Position numbers and translations under genes: made by a program. Source: an uncultured Candidatus Rokubacteria bacterium (lineage in GTDB: Bacteria > Methylomirabilota > Methylomirabilia > Rokubacteriales > DASRDR01). From it: a stretch of 64,000 nucleotides of DNA. The stretch lies in contig CAWGVS010000002.1 of the NCBI GenBank assembly GCA_963826115.1, positions 160,001-224,000 on the forward strand. The letters run 5' to 3'. Shown here piece after piece: positions 61,173 through 64,000 of the stretch; within the stretch, counting starts at the first letter, position 1; each line of letters opens with the position of its first letter. The notes below the pieces were generated by a model. It was not told where the DNA came from. It saw only the letters and a list, made by a program, of their open reading frames with translations, and made no database searches.

Positions 61173-61505
61173 CTAGCTCTTGTCGACGATCTCGCCGCAG
61201 CGCTTGCAGACGCGCGTCCGGCGGCCGTTCGCCAGCACTTGCTTGCCGATCCGAGTCGGCTTGTCGCACTTCCCGCAGACCAGCATCAGGTTCGAGACGT
61301 GCAGCGGCGCCTCGCGCTCGATGATCCCGCCCTGACGGAGCTTCTGCGTCGGGCGCTGGTGCCGCTTGACCATGTTCACGCGCTCTACGAGCACGCGCTC
61401 CTTGGCCGGCAGCACGAAGAGGACCTTCCCGCGCTTGCCCTTCTCCCGCCCCGCGATGACCACCACCGTGTCGTTCTTCCGAATCGCCAGCCCTGGACCC
61501 GTCAT
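61173..61505 (-). CDS. rplX: 50S ribosomal protein L24
   Basis: [18 protein letters not shown]. Confidence 0.95.
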   Translation of the reverse strand: MTGPGLAIRKNDTVVVIAGREKGKRGKVLFVLPAKERVLVERVNMVKRHQRPTQKLRQGGIIEREAPLHVSNLMLVCGKCDKPTRIGKQVLANGRRTRVCKRCGEIVDKS

Positions 61506-61512
61506 GGCCGCC

Positions 61513-61881
61513 TCAGATGACCTCGGGCGCGAGCGAGATGATCTTCAGGAACTGCCGGTCGCGCAGCTCGCGCGCCACGGGCCCGAAGATACGCGTCCCG
61601 ATCGGATTGTTCTGGGGGTTCAGGAGCACCGCCGCGTTCCGGTCGAACTTGATGTGCGAGCCGTCCGGCCGCCGGATCTCCTTCGCCGTCCGCACCACGA
61701 CCGCGCGGGCCACGTCGCCCTTCTTGACGGAGCCATCGGGGGTGGCTTCCTTCACCGCCACGATGATCGTGTCCCCAATCGACGCGTACTTCTTGTTCGA
61801 GCCGCCCATCACCCGGATGCACTGGACCTTCCGGGCGCCCGAGTTGTCGGCGACGTCCAGCATCGTCCGCGGTTGAATCAT
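61513..61881 (-). CDS. rplN: 50S ribosomal protein L14
   Basis: [15 protein letters not shown]. Confidence 0.97.
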   Translation of the reverse strand: MIQPRTMLDVADNSGARKVQCIRVMGGSNKKYASIGDTIIVAVKEATPDGSVKKGDVARAVVVRTAKEIRRPDGSHIKFDRNAAVLLNPQNNPIGTRIFGPVARELRDRQFLKIISLAPEVI

Positions 61882-61905
61882 GGCTGTCCGCTCCCCGGGT
61901 CGGGC

Positions 61906-62148
61906 TCAGGAGGCCCGCTCGAGGATCTCCTTGATCCGCCACCGCTTGTCCTTGGACAGAGGGCGGGTCTCCACGATGAGCACGCGGTCCCCCACGTGCG
62001 CCTCGTTCTTCTCGTCGTGCGCCTTGAACCGCGTCGCGCGCTTGACGACACGCTCGTAGCGAGCGTGGCGGAACGCGCGCTCCACCACGACCACTCGCGT
62101 CTTGCTCATCTTGTCGCTGACCACCAGCCCGACTCGCGTCTTCAGCAC
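61906..62148 (-). CDS. rpsQ: 30S ribosomal protein S17
   Basis: [16 protein letters not shown]. Confidence 0.95.
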   Translation of the reverse strand: MLKTRVGLVVSDKMSKTRVVVVERAFRHARYERVVKRATRFKAHDEKNEAHVGDRVLIVETRPLSKDKRWRIKEILERAS

Positions 62149-62165
62149 GCCTCGCCTCCCGCCCC

Positions 62166-62372
62166 TCAGCCGCGCCGGAGCCCGAGCGCCCGCTCCCGGA
62201 GGAGCGTCTGCACGCGGGCCAGCTCGCGCCGGGCCTGGCCGATGCGCGCCGGATTCTTGGCCATCGCCATCGAGACCTGGAACCGGAGGTTGAAGACTTC
62301 CTCCCGGAGCTCACGGGCCTTCTGCCCGAGCTCGGCCTCGCTCAGATCGCGCATGTTCGTCTTGTTCTTCAT
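62166..62372 (-). CDS. rpmC: 50S ribosomal protein L29
   Basis: [15 protein letters not shown]. Confidence 0.93.
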   Translation of the reverse strand: MKNKTNMRDLSEAELGQKARELREEVFNLRFQVSMAMAKNPARIGQARRELARVQTLLRERALGLRRG

Positions 62373-62382
62373 CGCGCTGTCC

Positions 62383-62796
62383 TCACGCCCGCTCGCGCTT
62401 GACCATCTTGGTCCGGATGGGCAGCTTGTTACCCGCCAGGCGGAACGCCTCCCGCGCGACGTCCTCGGTCAACCCCTCCATTTCGTAGAGGATCCGGCCC
62501 GGCTTGACGACGGCCACCCAGTACTCCGGGTTCCCCTTGCCCTTGCCCATGCGGGTCTCCGCCGGCTTCTTGGTGAAGGGCTTGTCCGGGAAGATCCGGA
62601 TCCAGATCTTGCCGCCCCGCTTGACCGCCCGCGTCAGGGCGACCCGGCCGGCCTCGATCTGGCGGTTCGTGAGCCAGCACGGCTCGAGCGCCTTCAGGCC
62701 GAAGTCGCCGAAGGCGAGCGTCGCCCCCCGGTGCGCGGTACCCTTCATCCGGCCACGCTGGGCCTTGCGGTACTTGACGCGCTTGGGTTGGAGCAT
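62383..62796 (-). CDS. rplP: 50S ribosomal protein L16
   Basis: [15 protein letters not shown]. Confidence 0.97.
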   Translation of the reverse strand: MLQPKRVKYRKAQRGRMKGTAHRGATLAFGDFGLKALEPCWLTNRQIEAGRVALTRAVKRGGKIWIRIFPDKPFTKKPAETRMGKGKGNPEYWVAVVKPGRILYEMEGLTEDVAREAFRLAGNKLPIRTKMVKRERA

Positions 62797-62805
62797 GGCG
62801 CCCGA

Positions 62806-63456
62806 CTAGCCCAGCTCGGCAGCCCGCGCCGCCGGCAGGACCTCACCCTTGAAGATCCAGACTTTCACGCCGATCGTCCCGTACGTGGTGTGGGCGGTCG
62901 CGATCCCGAAGTCGAGGTCGGCCCGGAGCGTCTGGAGCGGCACCCGCCCGTCGCGGTACCACTCGCGACGCGCGATCTCGGCGCCGCCGAGCCGCCCCGC
63001 GCACGCGATCCGCACGCCCTCGGCCCCGAGCCGCACCGAGCTCTGCACGGCCTTCTTCATCGCGCGCCGGAACGCGACCCGCTTCTCGAGCTGGAGCGCG
63101 ATGTTCTCGGCGACCAGCTGCGAGTCGAGCTCGGGGTGCACCACCTCCTGGATGTCGAGGTGAATCTCCTTCCCCGTCCGGACTTGCAGCTCGTTCTTGA
63201 GCTTCTCGACCTCCGCCCCCTTCCGGCCGATGATGATCCCGGGCCGCGCGGTGTGCACGATGATCCGGGCCCGGTTCGCCGAGCGCTCGACGTCGATGCG
63301 CGAGATGCCGGCGTGGTAGAGGGCGTCCTTGATGTAGCGCCGGATCTTCACGTCCTCGTGGAGCATGTTCGCGTACTCCTTCCCCGCGAACCACCGCGAG
63401 CTCCACGTCCGGGTCGTGCCGAGCCGGAATCCGATCGGGTGGACCTTCTGCCCCAT
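62806..63456 (-). CDS. rpsC: 30S ribosomal protein S3
   Basis: [21 protein letters not shown]. Confidence 0.97.
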   Translation of the reverse strand: MGQKVHPIGFRLGTTRTWSSRWFAGKEYANMLHEDVKIRRYIKDALYHAGISRIDVERSANRARIIVHTARPGIIIGRKGAEVEKLKNELQVRTGKEIHLDIQEVVHPELDSQLVAENIALQLEKRVAFRRAMKKAVQSSVRLGAEGVRIACAGRLGGAEIARREWYRDGRVPLQTLRADLDFGIATAHTTYGTIGVKVWIFKGEVLPAARAAELG

Positions 63457-63888
63457 CTACGCGCTCCTCGTCGTCGTCTTGGCCGGGCGGCGTCCGCCGG
63501 CGGCGCGCGCCCGCGTCGCCACAGCGGGCCGTCGCCGCGCCGGCGCCGCGCCCGGGCCGGCCTCGGCCAGGGACACCGTGATGTGGGCGAGCCGGTGGCG
63601 GATCCAGAAGGCGCGGCCCATGGCGCGCGGCTGGATCCGCTTGAGCGACGGTCCCCCGTCGATCACCGGGTTCACCCGGAGGTCGTCCAGGCTCCGCACC
63701 TGGTGGTTGTGCTCCGCGTTGGCGACCGCCGACCGCAGCACCTTCTCGATGTGCCGCGCGGCCACCTGGGGCGAGTACTGGAGGATGGCCAGCGCCTCCG
63801 CCACCGTCTTGCCGCGGACGAGGTCCGCGACCAGACGCGCCTTGCGGGGCGACACCCGGATGTACCGTGCGACGGCCTTGGTCAGCAT
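63457..63888 (-). CDS. rplV: 50S ribosomal protein L22
   Basis: SPRKARLV, SAVANA, PRAMGRA. Confidence 0.96.
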   Translation of the reverse strand: MLTKAVARYIRVSPRKARLVADLVRGKTVAEALAILQYSPQVAARHIEKVLRSAVANAEHNHQVRSLDDLRVNPVIDGGPSLKRIQPRAMGRAFWIRHRLAHITVSLAEAGPGAAPARRRPAVATRARAAGGRRPAKTTTRSA

Positions 63889-63900
63889 GGAGTCTCCGTC

Positions 63901-64000
63901 CTACTTGAGCGCCGTCGACTTCTCGGTGTGCGAGCCGTGGGCCCGGAAGGTCCGCGTCGGCGAGAACTCCCCGAGCTTGTGGCCGACCATGTTCTCCGTC
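63901..64000 (-). CDS. rpsS: 30S ribosomal protein S19, C-terminal part
   Basis: [17 protein letters not shown]. Confidence 0.93.
   Translation of the reverse strand, partial: TENMVGHKLGEFSPTRTFRAHGSHTEKSTALK

Overview
Very GC-rich bacterial chromosome segment. Gene content suggests Candidatus Rokubacteria/Methylomirabilota (inference, not checked). Four blocks: (1) 621-16973, a minus-strand island with two related ECF sigma factors, a zf-HC2 anti-sigma, a GAF/sigma-54 activator with a visible -24/-12 promoter and tandem palindromes, sugar/redox enzymes, an aquaporin, an HD-GYP protein and a UGA-recoded UxxC thioredoxin-fold selenoprotein with a SECIS-like hairpin. (2) 17178-21321, plus-strand hydrolases. 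(3) 21399-46559, a ~25 kb minus-strand run: an orphan CydA-like protein (no cydB, altered active-site residues), di- and tri-heme cytochromes c (one fused to an EbdC-like heme b domain), two cupredoxin-like paralogs, a complete A1-type aa3 oxidase with heme a/o synthases, then a module of three proteins carrying eight PCP_red (BchB C-terminal-like) domains next to an Mrp/ApbC ATPase. This respiratory + PCP_red system is the best candidate for an undescribed system. (4) 47027-64000, trxA, thiL, two CNNM proteins, a hydrolase and the S10-spc-alpha ribosomal cluster, whose RpoA is divergent and lacks the alpha-CTD. No rRNA, tRNA, CRISPR or transposase was recognised. All family calls come from motif recognition by eye, not from database searches.
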